A DNA stretch of 64,000 nucleotides. Source: Negaprion brevirostris (taxonomy: Eukaryota). The notes beneath the pieces are model-generated. The model was not told where the DNA came from. It searched no databases and was given only the letters and a program-made list of their open reading frames with translations. A program made the translations under genes and the position numbers. The DNA lies in NCBI GenBank assembly GCA_030324005.1, contig JARDVH010000001.1, positions 98,833,997 through 98,897,996 of the forward strand, read 5' to 3'. Shown here piece after piece: positions 51,431-64,000 of the stretch (its first letter is position 1; every line of letters begins with the position of its first letter).

Positions 51431-51445
51431 ACCATGTTATGAAAG

Positions 51446-52080
51446 AACATAGGAAATAGGAGTGAGGATCACTTGCCCCTTTGAGATCACTGCACCATTC
51501 AACAAGATTAGGGCTGATTTTCTACCCCAACTTCATCTTCCCACACTGCTTCCATTATCCCTAAAATCTACTGATCAATGTCTTGAGTATATTAATGACT
51601 GAGTATCAATAACTCTCTGGATGGATTTACAAGCTTTTCAATGAAGAGGTTTCTCCTCATCTCAGTCCTGAATGGCTGAGCCTGTTATTCTGAGACGCTG
51701 ACCCTGTGCTGTAGATTCCCCAACTCCCGCATGTTTCAGCGGCAGGACCTTCTGGTCCCACTGCCACCAATGGAGTTTTCTGTTTAATGCACTCCTGTTA
51801 CCACAAAACCCATGGCAGGGGTTCACTGTCGGTGGAACCAAAAGATTCCGCCAGCGGGAATGGCCGAATGTTCGAGCCATTGTTTCAGTATCTATCTTGC
51901 TAAGTGCCTTAAGAGTTTTATGTGTTTCAATTAGCTGGTCTCTCATTCTTCTAAACTCCAGGGCCCATTGGCCTATCCCACTGAATAGAACAATCCCCTC
52001 ATCCCAGGAATCAATCATTCATTCCACTCTCTCGGGCAAGTTTCACAGTGAAGGTCACTTCTCAATATGGGTACCGAAGA
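51446..52080 (-). mobile_element. Second CR1 3' fragment, interrupted by a MITE
   Basis: LEFRRMRDQLIETHKTLKAL; tail TTCCTATGTTCT at 51446-51457. Confidence 0.82.
51725..51878. mobile_element. Palindromic MITE inserted in CR1
   Basis: GCGGCAGGACCTTCTGGTCCCAC pairs with GTGGAACCAAAAGATTCCGCCAGC. A related copy lies at about 61700-61845. Confidence 0.7.
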
Positions 52081-52904
52081 CAGATTATTTCAATGAAGGA
52101 AACAATCAGAAATACTGCATTTTTTCAATTATTATTGTAAACTAAACATTATATTAGTTAAATGTAGTTCATAATATCATGTAGAAGGGAAAATACATAC
52201 CATGTCCACTGGCATATCAACCTTTCCTGACTCTCGTGTGGAAACAATTCAACCAGAACTTCAGACTCCCTGTGGCTCTCTATAGTTGTGACTTCGCCTC
52301 AGTTGTCTCCCTAGTTTGTCTCGTTACTCCTCTTTGATAACATTGGAATTTTCTAACATCTTTTGCCAAAATCTCCAGGAGGTAGATAGAGATTCCCATG
52401 CATCCTCCAGGGTTTATACTTTGATGAATGCATTCCTACACCAAGAGTGCTATTCTCCTCAGTAACTGCTCTTTCACAAGGAAAATGCATTCCTGACTGA
52501 ATGAAAAGCATCTTCTGCACTTTTTTGCTCTGTTACATTGTAATTTTCCAACTAGAGTACCTGAAGTCCCACCTGAATGCTGCCTCCTGCAGCTCAAAAA
52601 GCTTGACATGTGCTTGTTACAGTACTAAACTTGATTATCATGGTCCAACTCCAATTAAGTGAATTTAATTCTGACTGACTGGCTGATGCTGATTAGAAAG
52701 TGCCATATTCCCATAATAGTTGTGTATATTGCCAATAAATAACTGTTTCTGGAATTTACTACCTCAAAATTGAGTAAATTATTTACCATGTAACTTGTAG
52801 CAATGAAGTACCATGAAGTAGCGTATTATCCTTCCACTCCTTATACCAGGTTCAGAGCCCAGCTGAATCTAATGGGAACAAATTCCTGAAGTGTTTTTTA
52901 AAAT

Positions 52905-53810
52905 TTGTTCATTGCCCTCGAGCAGATGATGGTGAGCTGCCTTCTTGAACCACTGCACTCTGAAGTGTAGGTACACCCACAGTGCTGTTAGGGAGGGAGT
53001 TCCAGGATTTTGATCCAGCGATAGTGAAGGAATGACAATATAGTTCTAAGTCAGGATGGCATGTGGCTTGGAGGGGGAATTGCAGGCGGTGGGTGGCATT
53101 CCCATGCGTTTGCTGCCCTTTTTCTTCTGGGTGATAGATGTCATGCATTTGGAAGGCATCATCAAAGAAGCCTTGATGAGCTTCTGCAGTGCAACTTGCA
53201 GATGGTACATAGTACTACCACTGAGGGCTGGTGGTGGAAGGGATGAATATGTAAGCTGTGGGGTGGGCTATTGGATCAGTCGGCTGCTATGTCCTTAATG
53301 GTGTTGAGTTTCTTGAGTGTTTTTTGAGCAGCACTTATCCAGACAAATGAAAAGTATTCCATCACATGCCTGGCTTGCGCTTTGTAGATGGTGGACAACT
53401 TTGGGAATGCAAAGGTGAGTTGCACCCCACAGAATTCTCAGCCTCTTGGGTTATTGCTGAGTAATCACCACTGTCAGTGACTCCTTCTCTCACTTTGATG
53501 CCTGAGCATTGACTGAGGGATAAGAAATTTGCCAGATTGAATTTGTCCTGCTTTTTGTTGACAGTACTTGCATGGACAATTTTCTATATCGTTGGCTATT
53601 TGATAGTTTTGTAGTAGTCCTAGAACAGCTTTGTTAGCGATGTGCTTCATTCTGGAGCACAGGTCTTCAGATATACAGCTGGCAAGGCCCAAAAGCTTGG
53701 CTGTACTCAGTGTCTTCAATTGCTTCTTCATAGGACATGGGTGAACTGAATTAGTTGAAAACTGGCATCTGTGATGCAGGGGACCTTTGGAGGAAGCTGA
53801 GATGAAATTT
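52905..53810 (-). mobile_element. CR1-group LINE remnant (RT start joined to 3' end)
   Basis: KKQLKTLSTAK... RT N-terminal region; HSFTIAGSKSWNSLPNSTVGVPT C-terminal motif. Confidence 0.8.
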
Positions 53811-54099
53811 CCTCAAATCCAGTGAAAGGTCGCTGATTTTGTTTTTCTCTCCACAAGCCAGGGGAGTGGAAAGCTGAGTTCAAGGCACCAGAACAGAGCT
53901 AAAGCAGGGGGGATGCCTCTGAGGAACCCGGAGAATCTGCAATTCATTTCCATTCCAGGCAATGGAACTGACCATTTGGCCCTGTGTATGATCCTAAAGC
54001 ATCTGTTTTATATCACTCTCTGAGATGAGTTTCCAGTCCGTCAGGTTTAAATGTCTCACATTACTAACCCACATGGCTATTTTTGTAACATCATGTCTT

Positions 54100-54215
54100 T
54101 GAGTCAAGGAAGAAGGTGGAAGTGAGAATGTCCGGAGTGTGGGGTCCTTAATTATGCTGGCTGCTTTGCTGAGGCAGCGGGAAATGTAGACAGTGTCGAT
54201 GGATGTGCTTCCCCA
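54100..54215 (-). mobile_element. Rex1/Babar LINE C-terminal fragment
   Basis: SIDTVYISRCLSKAASIIKDPT matches the Rex1 motif ..RC..KA.SI.KDP.HP. Confidence 0.85.
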
Positions 54216-54315
54216 NNNNNNNNNNNNNNNNNNNNNNNNNNNNNNNNNNNNNNNNNNNNNNNNNNNNNNNNNNNNNNNNNNNNNNNNNNNNNNNNNNNNN
54301 NNNNNNNNNNNNNNN

Positions 54316-54392
54316 AGCACCTGAAGCCTGGGACCTGAAGTACCCAGTCCTGTCCCTGAGACATCCAAGTCTCCGTAATGGCCACCACATCA
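54316..54392 (-). mobile_element. CR1 endonuclease fragment
   Basis: DVVAITETWMSQGQDWVLQVPGFRC. Confidence 0.88.
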
Positions 54393-54714
54393 ATGGTTGG
54401 GAGGCTGGTTATCTTATTGGTATATCCTGTTTGTGTATTTTCAGCAATATGAGTGGAGCAGGTCAGGGGAAGGTTGACTGAGGACCAGTAGGTCATTTAC
54501 CTCAGTTTAATGACTTTATCAGTTGCTTATCTGTGCTACTTCATCAGCAGTCTTAGCACAGATAAACAATGTTCAACACTGGAATTATACATCCTGTTGG
54601 TTATCTTTGGTCATATAGAAGCCTGTCATCTAATTCTCCTGCTATTAAATCACCAGAAAGGTAGAAAGAGAGACGTAAAAAAATAGTAACTAATGACCAT
54701 TACATTGATTTCAG

Positions 54715-54875
54715 GCAAAATATGGAATTTATCAAGTTCCTTTGTATAGTACCTGTAGCATGTCCATGCCTCATGATTATATGAAAATTGGAAGTACCAT
54801 ACTTCATAGATCTTCACCTGGGTTTCTAGAGGAATGCCCAGATGCATCCATATACATTTATGTGGATACCATTCC
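54715..54875 (-). mobile_element. RTE-clade LINE fragment
   Basis: IW...GIPLETQVKIYE....YNHEAWTCYRYYTKELDKFH matches the RTE motif W...I.L.TK.K.Y....LLY..E.WT.Y..H.K.L..FH. Confidence 0.7.
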
Positions 54876-54888
54876 ATGAGGTTGTGTT

Positions 54889-55246
54889 CATAGAATCTAC
54901 AGAATCTCTACAAGGCAGAAGGAGGCCATTCGGCCCATCAAATCTGCACTGACTCTCCGAAAGAGCATCTTACCCAGGTCCTCCATCCACCTACCCCCCT
55001 ACCCTGTGCATTTACCATTGCGAGTCCACCTAATCTGCACATCTTTGGACAAAAAAGGGTAATTTAGCATGGCCAATCAACCAAACCTGCACATCTTTGG
55101 AATGTGAGAGAAAACCAAAGCACCTGGAGGAAAGCCACACAGACACGGGGAGAATGTGCAAACTCCACATAGACTGGTACCCAACACCAGAATTCAACTC
55201 GGGTCCATGGCACAGTGAGGCAGAAGTGCTAGCCACTGTGCCACCC
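54889..55246 (-). mobile_element. HE1-like V-SINE (type A)
   Basis: Head, V domain and CR1-type tail (GGGCCGAATGGCCTCCTTCTG). Confidence 0.9.
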
Positions 55247-56289
55247 ATTAATCAAGGTGTGCCTTTAGTGAGCACTTTTCTCAGATATGTAAATTAAGTT
55301 CCACACAGTCTGTATCCCAGACAGAACTAAGCACGGTGCTTTCTTAATTCATGCTGCTGTATCATCCCCTTTCTCCTGAGGCGAATGGTGAATACCACAA
55401 CTTCTCAATGCCACCACAGTTCTGGAGTAAAGAGTCACACATCGTTTGATCTATAAGCAGATAAAGGTTAGACCACTACTTGTTTAGGAAATTTCAATGA
55501 GCTAGCCGAAATTGTTTGAAGTTGACATGCTCAGTACTTTCTCATTAAACTTTTCTGGTGTTAACACAGACTTAAAAATAGACACACAAATGCTATTAAT
55601 GAATGGAATTGCAAAAATGGCTTTTTACAAGCAACCTAGCTTTAACAGAAAGGTTCGTGGTGACACACGTTATAGAGGCTAGGCACTCGGTGTTATTGAA
55701 ATGCAAGATCAGGAAACCGATTGGCTGTCTTTCAATCAACTGCTTCATCAAACCAGGCAGCGACTTTGCAAAAAGATATTTGACTGCAGCTGGTGAAGTG
55801 ACTGCAGGTGTCCAAGTTATGTCCATTCATCTGATACTTCAAAGAAATGTTCAGAACGGGATGACCTTTGTACTATTGAAACTTTTTTTTATAGTTGGTA
55901 GTGTAGTGGTCAGCTTGCCACCATATCTGTGAGGTTGCTGAGCGATCAGTTAGTCAGTCTAAGTGACAGTTGTAGTTCTAAAGATATGTGGAGTGGATCA
56001 TGTTCCCTGATGGCCAAATTATCTACCTAGTGCCTTTCATTATATCCGAGTGCAGAGTGATTACCTGTTGACCTATCTACTGCCCTTCTGCGCACGTGTA
56101 CCCATTTGGGAGTGGAGTATGATGTCTTTTCCAACCACCTACCTGCACCGCACTCCACCAGAATTATGCAACTGCCTAACTGGAGGCTGCAGCTTGTACC
56201 TTGTTTTCTTCCAACTGCTCAGAAACCCAGGCCAGAGGGGAGCAGGGTGGAAGATCAGGAATTCAGGGACATGGGAAAGTGGAAAGAAA

Positions 56290-56615
56290 TGAAGACAGGC
56301 AATATAAATTACAGAGTACAATTACAAGAAGGATTCAGGAAGAGGGGGACATGTGAGTTTACACGAATAAGTCTTTGAAGGTGGCAAGTAAAGAACAAAC
56401 TTAAATGACATTTGGATTCATTAACAGAAGCATGGGGTACAAAACAAGGGAGCTATGTTAAACTTATATCAAAACTGGTTAGGTTTCAGCTAGGGTACTG
56501 TGGCCAGTTCTGGGCACCATACTTTAGGAAAGATGTCAAGAACTTAGAGGGGGTGAAGAGGAAATTTATGGTAGACTTCAATTATACGGAGAGATTGCAG
56601 AAACTGGTTGTTCTC
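56290..56615 (+). mobile_element. Old CR1 RT C-terminal fragment
   Basis: LVRFQLGYCGQFWAPYFRKDVKNLEGVKRKF. Confidence 0.85.
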
Positions 56616-59600
56616 CCTAAAACGTCAAGCCATGCTCTGTGTTCCTGCTAATATACATTGCACTACGTTTGCCAGTCTCAGTCCGAGCACCACGTGTTCT
56701 CTGAACTCAGGAGCGCAAACAGTGCAAGTATTCTGGAGTTATCCAGTACAATGACTGGATTAAATTGCACAATGTAGACATGGTGAATTACTCTGCAGCA
56801 GACAGGCTCAATTTACACAATCCAGCTGACAACTTGTTGGGTTTGTTTTATCCTTAGAAGGGACCAATCAAACCTAGTCCAACATGATTGTGTTGAAAAT
56901 AGAGGCTTCATGTGCTCTGTTGTCTTAGAAGATGTAAGCATCTATATCATTAGCAAGATAAAAATAAACTGTACTTCTACCAAAGAGAAACCTTGTACAC
57001 AATTGTTTGATAGACACCACAAGAATGCAACTGCTGCCAACAGATTAACAATAATCAGCCTGTATTAGGAATAAGTATCATTCCAGAACCCAGTGTTGGC
57101 TCTGTAACATGCAAAATTAGATGACTAATGCTTGATGTAGATTTACAACTGTTCAGGATGAATGTTGGGCCCTCCTAATGATTGCTGGCATGAGGAATTT
57201 GAGGAGACATAACCATGCAGAAATAAGTACGTAAGAAGCTGAAGAACAGGAAAAGATTTCTCAAGTAGCATAGCAACAATTTATTGTGCAGGAGACAAAA
57301 TTCAGATTTCGCCAGGAAGCTCAATACAGATGTTTTGAACTATTCACTGTTTCTGTAATCATTCATCAACCTGGGGGTAATTTTAACCTGAACTGTCCAA
57401 TAGGAAGCTGATGGGATTAAGCTGGCTGTCCCTTTGCACCTCACCCAATTGTACAATTTTTAACATTAATCCCTAACTCCCTGATGGCTCATTGGGTAAA
57501 TGCACCGACTGTTGTGGTATTGAGCTTTACCAGGTGTCAGTTCAAGCCCTTATTTTTGCCTGAGATAATGGTTTTCACTGACAGTCACAGTGGAAATGTN
57601 NNNNNNNNNNNNNNNNNNNNNNNNNNNNNNNNNNNNNNNNNNNNNNNNNNNNNNNNNNNNNNNNNNNNNNNNNNNNNNNNNNNNNNNNNNNNNNNNNNNT
57701 TCACGGACAGTCACAGTGGACATGTGGTTTACAATACACTTACTTATCTTAGGACTTTCTTCAAATGGCTATTGTTTTGTAAAAATGAATCACCTTCTTT
57801 AATATATCCGTGTTTCATGTATGCTTTGCCTTCGATGCTGTATCCTTGATGCTGTGAAACAAAAATGCAAGGTACCATTAGCTTATATTGTGCACTTTGA
57901 TTGCTGACTGGCACAAATATCTGATGGGGTCATATGTCTAAAACTCCTGTTTGAAGGCTGTGTGTAAATTATGGCATAGTACATTGGGCTCTGGGCGGTT
58001 TCTGGATCCAAATTCATTATTCATAATTGGAACATTAGTAGGCATTAACAGACGGCAGGCAATTCCTCACAGTAACTAAGAAAGAAATAAAAGGTACTGG
58101 CAACCTGGGCTGATCTTACTCATAATGGCCCGTGTGAAGTATAATTGACAGAAGCCTGGGAGCAAAGTTAAAGTAGGCTGTCCCTTAAAAATTGACTTTT
58201 TAAATGTTGATGCAGTACATGGAATATGCGTGACTGTACACTTGACTATCTACAAACACTTTTAATCAACACCAAAGTTAGAATATAGGGCTGGTTAAGG
58301 AGTGATCCCTACAGTCATGAAAAATCTTAATGGTTTGCAGCTGGAGATTTGAAAATGCTATCAGCTTCACTTCCTTGTGATTTGTTTTCAGATAATATGC
58401 ACCACATCCTATATATAGCACTGAAATCAATAATTAATACAAGATTTGCCCTAAGATTTAAAATGAGAAAGAAAGGCACAAAGGGGAATACCTATGATTC
58501 TCTTTCTGCATATTTAATTGAGGCATTACTTATTATTTTTAGAGGACAATCCCTGCTGTGCACATCTGTTTGATCTTAACAAAAAGAAGAAACATCTGCA
58601 CAAACAGGTTTAGTGTCCATAGGTGATAGTTTTCTCATCCCAAAGGTCAACCCATGGATTGCACTATATGCAGCAGCCAGAAGTATTTGGCACAATTATA
58701 TATTTTGTCAACTGTCTAAACCTTACTTTGATCAAGTAGAACTGTTGTAGATCTGTAGATGATGTAGAACTGCATGGAATCAAAGGTCTGAATTGAACGA
58801 TCCCATCATTTGCTCTGAACTAACATCTAATGTTTAAGCACAGATTTAAAGATTTTTCTAGCCAAGAGATGCTCCAGATGTACTTACAGTTTGGCACACA
58901 TCAATTGGAGACTCTTTTGATGTAAATAGGTCTTCAATAACTTCTGTTTTGAAATTAAGATGTACTTTTACTCTTCACTATTTTACTTCATGTCCTCACT
59001 GTACACTTTCTATGATTCCTCATGATTCTTCTACGATTCTTCCACCTTGCAAACACTTGTACATTTTCTGCCATGTACAAACTGTATACTTTCCCTCTTG
59101 TTCAGCAGTGATCAGCACAACAAAAGCTGAATTTTCTTAAGTCTACAGAGGTAGGTTGGGAGATGATAGGACTGGGAGCAAAGTTTTAAAATAGCCCGTC
59201 AGGTTGCCAAGCTGATACTTTCCCATCTCCTAGTGATTTTTCCACCTGAGACCAGAGACAGGAATTGAATTGGAGGCAACCTACCAGCAGCAATGCCTCC
59301 AATTCATCACCCCAGCACACACCACCTGGGATGCAAGAATGATGGCCACAGCCCTAGCCTCCATTTGAGACCTCCTCACAGTCTACTGCCTACCTCAGCA
59401 GTGATCACCCCTCTTGTTGGGGGTTTTGACCATGCATCACTGCAGCCCTCTGTTTGGTTCTCTGGCTTACTTGACCTTAAATGGAAGTGGCACACCAAAG
59501 CAACTTCTTAATTGTCCACCTGCGGCAAAAGTGAAGTGGCATCTTGACACAGTCACTCCTGGGTTCCTATATGAACATAGGGATCATTACCCAGTGAGGA

Positions 59601-60911
59601 AAAGTCAGTTCCAAATTATCCATAGCTAGTCTCCAACTATCAACAGATTCTCCACAACCTCAGGCATAGAATGAGAAAAGGCTGCTTTAATCTGTTTAGC
59701 CAATTCATTCCACAAGCTATGCAATATTATTTACTCATCCCATTCTCTTTCCATCCACTATATCAATTGACGCTAACACATAATTCAAACCTTAATATTT
59801 GTTTCCCACGGATGATATTTCTCAGCTCATAGCTACACAGGAACCATCCTGCAGTGTCTCTGTCTATGATTCCCTCCAAACCTTTGAACTATTCTTAACT
59901 AGATATTTGTTCAGCTTTGCTTTAAATGAGTTAGTGCAGTATTAACAGCTTTTGGTGGTCTAGTGGCCCAGCTAAGAAGTGAGAGAATGCACTTGAAGAA
60001 GGTCAGTAAATGTAAATGATAGATGACATTGCCCAATCTTTCCTGATTGGGAGGCATGTGGAGAACTGTTTGATTCGATGGGATACCCAACCATAACCTC
60101 TTCATTTACTTTCTTTGAAATGCTTACGTAGATAGATGGATCAATCTAGAAACATTGTCACCAATCAGCCAGTATTTATTAATTTACTGCCTATTAACTG
60201 TCTATTTACATTAAATAAATTTACTGAAAGTTTTGGTGATCCTTTGTAAAGTAGCATAGTGAAATCATAGTTCATCTAATAGTTACTCAGTCTGTTGAGG
60301 TCAAAGGAAAAATGTAACTAACAATTCTGGTGGTGAGTTGCAGATTTGGGAAGGGGGTGTCAGTTAATCACATAAAATATGTGCATGTCACAAGTTTAAA
60401 ATTACTAAAATAGAAATTACAGTGTATAATTTTTGCCATTATGGCAATAAAAAGGAAAATAACCTTGGGGTGATTAAGTGCTACCGTACACACTGAATCT
60501 TCTGTTACTCTACCCCTTGGACGGGCTATGATATTTTCCAGTAATCTATTATGTTTACATTTCCACTAGTTTAACCTTTCCAGTAATTAGTTGCTCTTGG
60601 AGTGTGTCAAAATTGTGCTGTGCCAATTATGAAAAATGTTTCAATATGTTCCTTTAAGGAGGAATTTTTTCTGCTACAGCCATTATGAAGTTCATGCCCA
60701 ATTAAACTCAAAGAGACTGCTTCGTGCATATGTTGTGGGGATTTTCCTGAGGGACCTTTTCCTTTCACAATGATGCTGATTGACATTCAATTCAGAATGC
60801 AAGTATCAGATGTCTTATACTTTTAGCTCATGTACTTGTTGGATGCAATTGGAAGCAAGCTGAAGTCTTTCTTCTCCCTCCCACCTTTCAAGGAAGGGCT
60901 TCTTTTTTAAA

Positions 60912-61213
60912 AGTTAAAGTCAAATTTTATTAATCACAAATAGGCTTACATTAACACTGCAATGAAGTTACTGTGAAAATCCCGAGGTTGCCACACTCCG
61001 GCGCCTGTTCGGGTACACTGAGGGAGAATTTAGCATGGCCAATGCATCTAATCGGCATGTCTTTCAGACTGTGGGAGGAAACCCGAGCACCCAGAAGAAA
61101 CCCACACAGACATGGGGAGAACATGCAGACTCCGCACAGACAGTGATCCAAGCTAGGAATCAAACCTGGGCCCCTGGCACTGTGAGGCAGCAATGCTTAC
61201 CACTGTGCTGCCC
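60912..61213 (-). mobile_element. V-SINE, tail type B
   Basis: Full-length copy; CpGs in the tail (CTCCGGCGCCTGTTCGGG) are largely retained. Confidence 0.92.
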
Positions 61214-62429
61214 CAAGGTTATTTTTCTTTTTATTACCATAATTACTTAACTTTTATTTTTCATCATGGAGGCGATAACAGAAAACATTATTTTGAGGTC
61301 TAATTGTTTTGGTACTGGAGTTGGTTGCGAGAGTAAATTTATTTTGATTTTCTTTTCCTTTGCCTTTTAAATCATAGGTGGAATGGTATAAGCAAGCTGT
61401 TGCATTTGATTCATGAGCTTGTACTTTATGCAAGAACAAGACCATTCTTTGATAGAAAGGGAACAACCTCTATGAAACGTGCTCTGGTTCCTAGCAGATC
61501 AAGAATCCATGGGTATAAATTGAACCTTGTTACAGTCCTTTTCTGGGCAAAAAATCGGATGAAAAGGATCAATTTTGTGGGGCAATCTCCCACGCACCAA
61601 ATAGTCCTGAAATATACCTGATGATTTTTCAGATGTCCCTGCAGATAGCNNNNNNNNNNTAGATGTTAAAGATGAACTTACTGCTTCTTTCCCAACCTGC
61701 TGCATGTTTCACAGTGGTGAGGGGCTGCGGGATCTTCTGATCCTGCCATTGTCAATGAGATATCCCATTGAATGCACCCCTCACTGACCGGAGACCTGCA
61801 GCGAAGGTGTGCCCAGGATCCTGTTGGCGTGAAAGTTCCAGACTTGAAATTGATCCAAGCAAAGGCTGTGTTTGCTCCCCTGTTTAGGTTTTCCTTCCAT
61901 GATGCCAGCCAAAGATGTGGCCATCAACAGAAAATTTAAAAATTAATCTTTTGCATGGCGCCCAGCATCCCCCCCATCCCCTCACCTCCCCAACGTCCCC
62001 CCAGGGCCATTTCTCACCACGGTTTCCCCGCTCTCCCATTCTCTTTCCAACCACCAGGGCTCACCTGAGAGCTGCTGTCACCAAGGCAAACAACCCATTT
62101 TGGCTGCTGGAAAAGCAGCGAGGTGCCAGCTGCATGCCACAATTATTAAAGTGAGGCTCACTCACTTCTGGAAAAACCTCGGCGTTCCCTGTTCAGGGGT
62201 GCATTAGTTATGTGCCCAAAATTGGGCCACAACTAATTTTATTCCTGACCATATTAACAACATATGAATGGATTATTGTATAAAGAAAAGAAAATGGTTG
62301 CCGATTAGTCACAAGTAATTGGCTTTTTAATGAAGTTGAACAATTTATAACCTGACTTTTTAAAATTAAGATGATATTGTCATCAATTGTAATCAAAATA
62401 ACAAAAGTGACCCCTTCTAAAGTCTGAGG

Positions 62430-62642
62430 TCACGTTCTAACCAACTTAAGGACAACTTCCTCCTTGCTGCCACCAGACTTTTGAATGGACCTACCTCGCA
62501 CTCTAGCTATGACTGTAACACTACACTCTGTAGTCTGTCCTTTCCTTCTCTATGAACGTTATGCTTTATCTTTATGCCATGCAAGAAACAATACTTTTCA
62601 CAGTATACTAATACATGTGACAATAAATCAAATGAAATCAAA
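62430..62642 (+). mobile_element. Rex1/Babar LINE 3' end
   Basis: RSNQLKDNFLLAATRLLN corresponds to RT.RLKNSFFP.AIRLLN; ends ACATGTGACAATAAATCAAATGAAATCAAA. Confidence 0.85.
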
Positions 62643-64000
62643 CCTCCAAATTATAATTAAGACAAAAGCAAAATTTATGAGGTCAGAATAGTATTGCCTG
62701 TATCAATGATACACTTCAGTCCCTCTGATGCCTACCAGTTGCTGGAATGCTCAAGTATAATGACAGACGTGTATTCCCTCTGAAGATATACTTGGACAAG
62801 GGCATTTCCGTGGAAGAAGGCAGGCAGTTAGACTGGCTCCTGATATCAGTCACAATCAGGCTATCCTGTGAGTAGCCAGCTTGGCCAAGCTGGCAGAAGC
62901 TCGGTCATGAGGATTCCTCCGTCTTGCCTGCCACTAATCCCCACCTTGCACAGTGTGACTAAAGATCATGAGGTTTGGATTGGACTGCAGGTGGAATATG
63001 AAGAGCAGCCCCTCCAAGTAGAAGACGAGCAGCTGCTACCTCACACAGAAACATATGTGAAAAACTGGCTTATCCAGGCAGCAAGAATTGAAAGCAGCCT
63101 GGGATTGGCTTGGAAACCTAATAGATAGATAACTGTTCTGTGCAACAGCTTCCACTCCAGATCTCTCTAATGGAAGAGGAGAGGACATGAAGATAGGGAG
63201 TTTTCCACTCAGGATCAGCATTTCTGCATTTTGAATGTGTACAAATAAACTAAACATTTGAGTTCATCCCATCTTGAGTTTGTAGCAGGGTTATGAATAT
63301 AAATTGGATCTCACCAAAACCGAGGGGTTGGAAGTATGCTACCATGGGAGGGGGAGAAAAAAGGGAAGCAAATCAGAATGTCTTTGTTTACCAATGATTT
63401 GGTGAAAAGCAAAATTGGTGATAAATTAATCCCCCCCCCCCACAACCTGCAACNNNNNNNNNNNNNNNNNNNNNNNNNNNNNNNNNNNNNNNNNNNNNNN
63501 NNNNNNNNNNNNNNNNNNNNNNNNNNNNNNNNNNNNNNNNNNNNNNNNNNNNNNNNNNNNNNNNNNNNNNNNNNNNNNNNNNNNNNNNNNNNNNNNNNNN
63601 NNNNNNCAATTCCTTTTTAAAAGAGAATTAATCTTTACAAAGTCTGGAATCATTATTTAACCAGCAAAGAAATATTTCCTTCTTGTACAAGTCATTAGCT
63701 AAGGGTTTTCAACTTGCTTGAAAATACACTGAACATTTAAATTATCCCAAAATATGACGTCATGTCATTTGGGGTCACTGAGAATAGATCTTGACTTTGT
63801 GTGAAAATAGAAAATGGACTACATTGAATAGGTCACTATTTTACCTCTGCCTTCATTTTATTTCTTCTAAAGTCAATGGAAGTAAAATTCAGGAGGCTTG
63901 TAAAGTCAGCTGCCGATTAATGACAAACAAACTTGGGCTTCTGTGAAAAGAAGATTGTGTGACAAGGTGGAAAGTCTAATGTTGATCCAGCAGAAGGAAC

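Noticed and set aside
56858-56933. Exon-like segment RDQSNLVQHDCVENRGFMCSVVLED
   Set aside because: Unrecognised peptide; such splice-site pairs arise by chance in 64 kb.
59106-59150. Strong acceptor and donor pair on the plus strand
   Set aside because: Stops in all three frames; could be non-coding but cannot be supported here.
61378-61621. ORF after a strong acceptor
   Set aside because: SRSRIHGYKL resembles the decayed CR1 C-terminal TRGH..KL motif, so it is probably a LINE remnant.
1-64000. Endogenous virus, immune-gene segments or prokaryotic system
   Set aside because: I saw no viral hallmark ORFs, Ig/TCR domains or operon-like gene density; a translated homology search would be needed to exclude highly decayed viral fragments.

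Overview
Vertebrate genomic DNA from a gapped draft assembly: AT-rich, CpG-poor, with many N gaps, several of exactly 100 N. The repeats (HE1/V-SINE-type SINEs, a Deu-domain SINE, abundant CR1, Penelope-type inverted termini, palindromic Harbinger-like elements) point to a cartilaginous fish, most likely a shark. I found no recognisable host protein-coding exon or intact gene. Every ORF I could interpret is a decayed transposable-element fragment (CR1, L2, Rex1/Babar, RTE, RTE-X, Gypsy integrase, Harbinger-like); the rest look like noise. The window is most likely a large intron or intergenic DNA. Best leads: (1) a decayed RTE-X LINE traceable from N- to C-terminus (41410-43990); (2) a Penelope-type hairpin with a degenerate hammerhead-like core (6880-7140); (3) two V-SINE subfamilies sharing a head but with different tails, one resembling the local Rex1 3' end, and all copies on the minus strand; (4) a younger CR1 nested in an older one with a 5-bp TSD and mostly hidden by a gap; (5) a 19-bp minisatellite and several unexplained hairpins. 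I cannot support a new biological system from the sequence alone. Family names come from motif recall, not database searches, and element boundaries are approximate.
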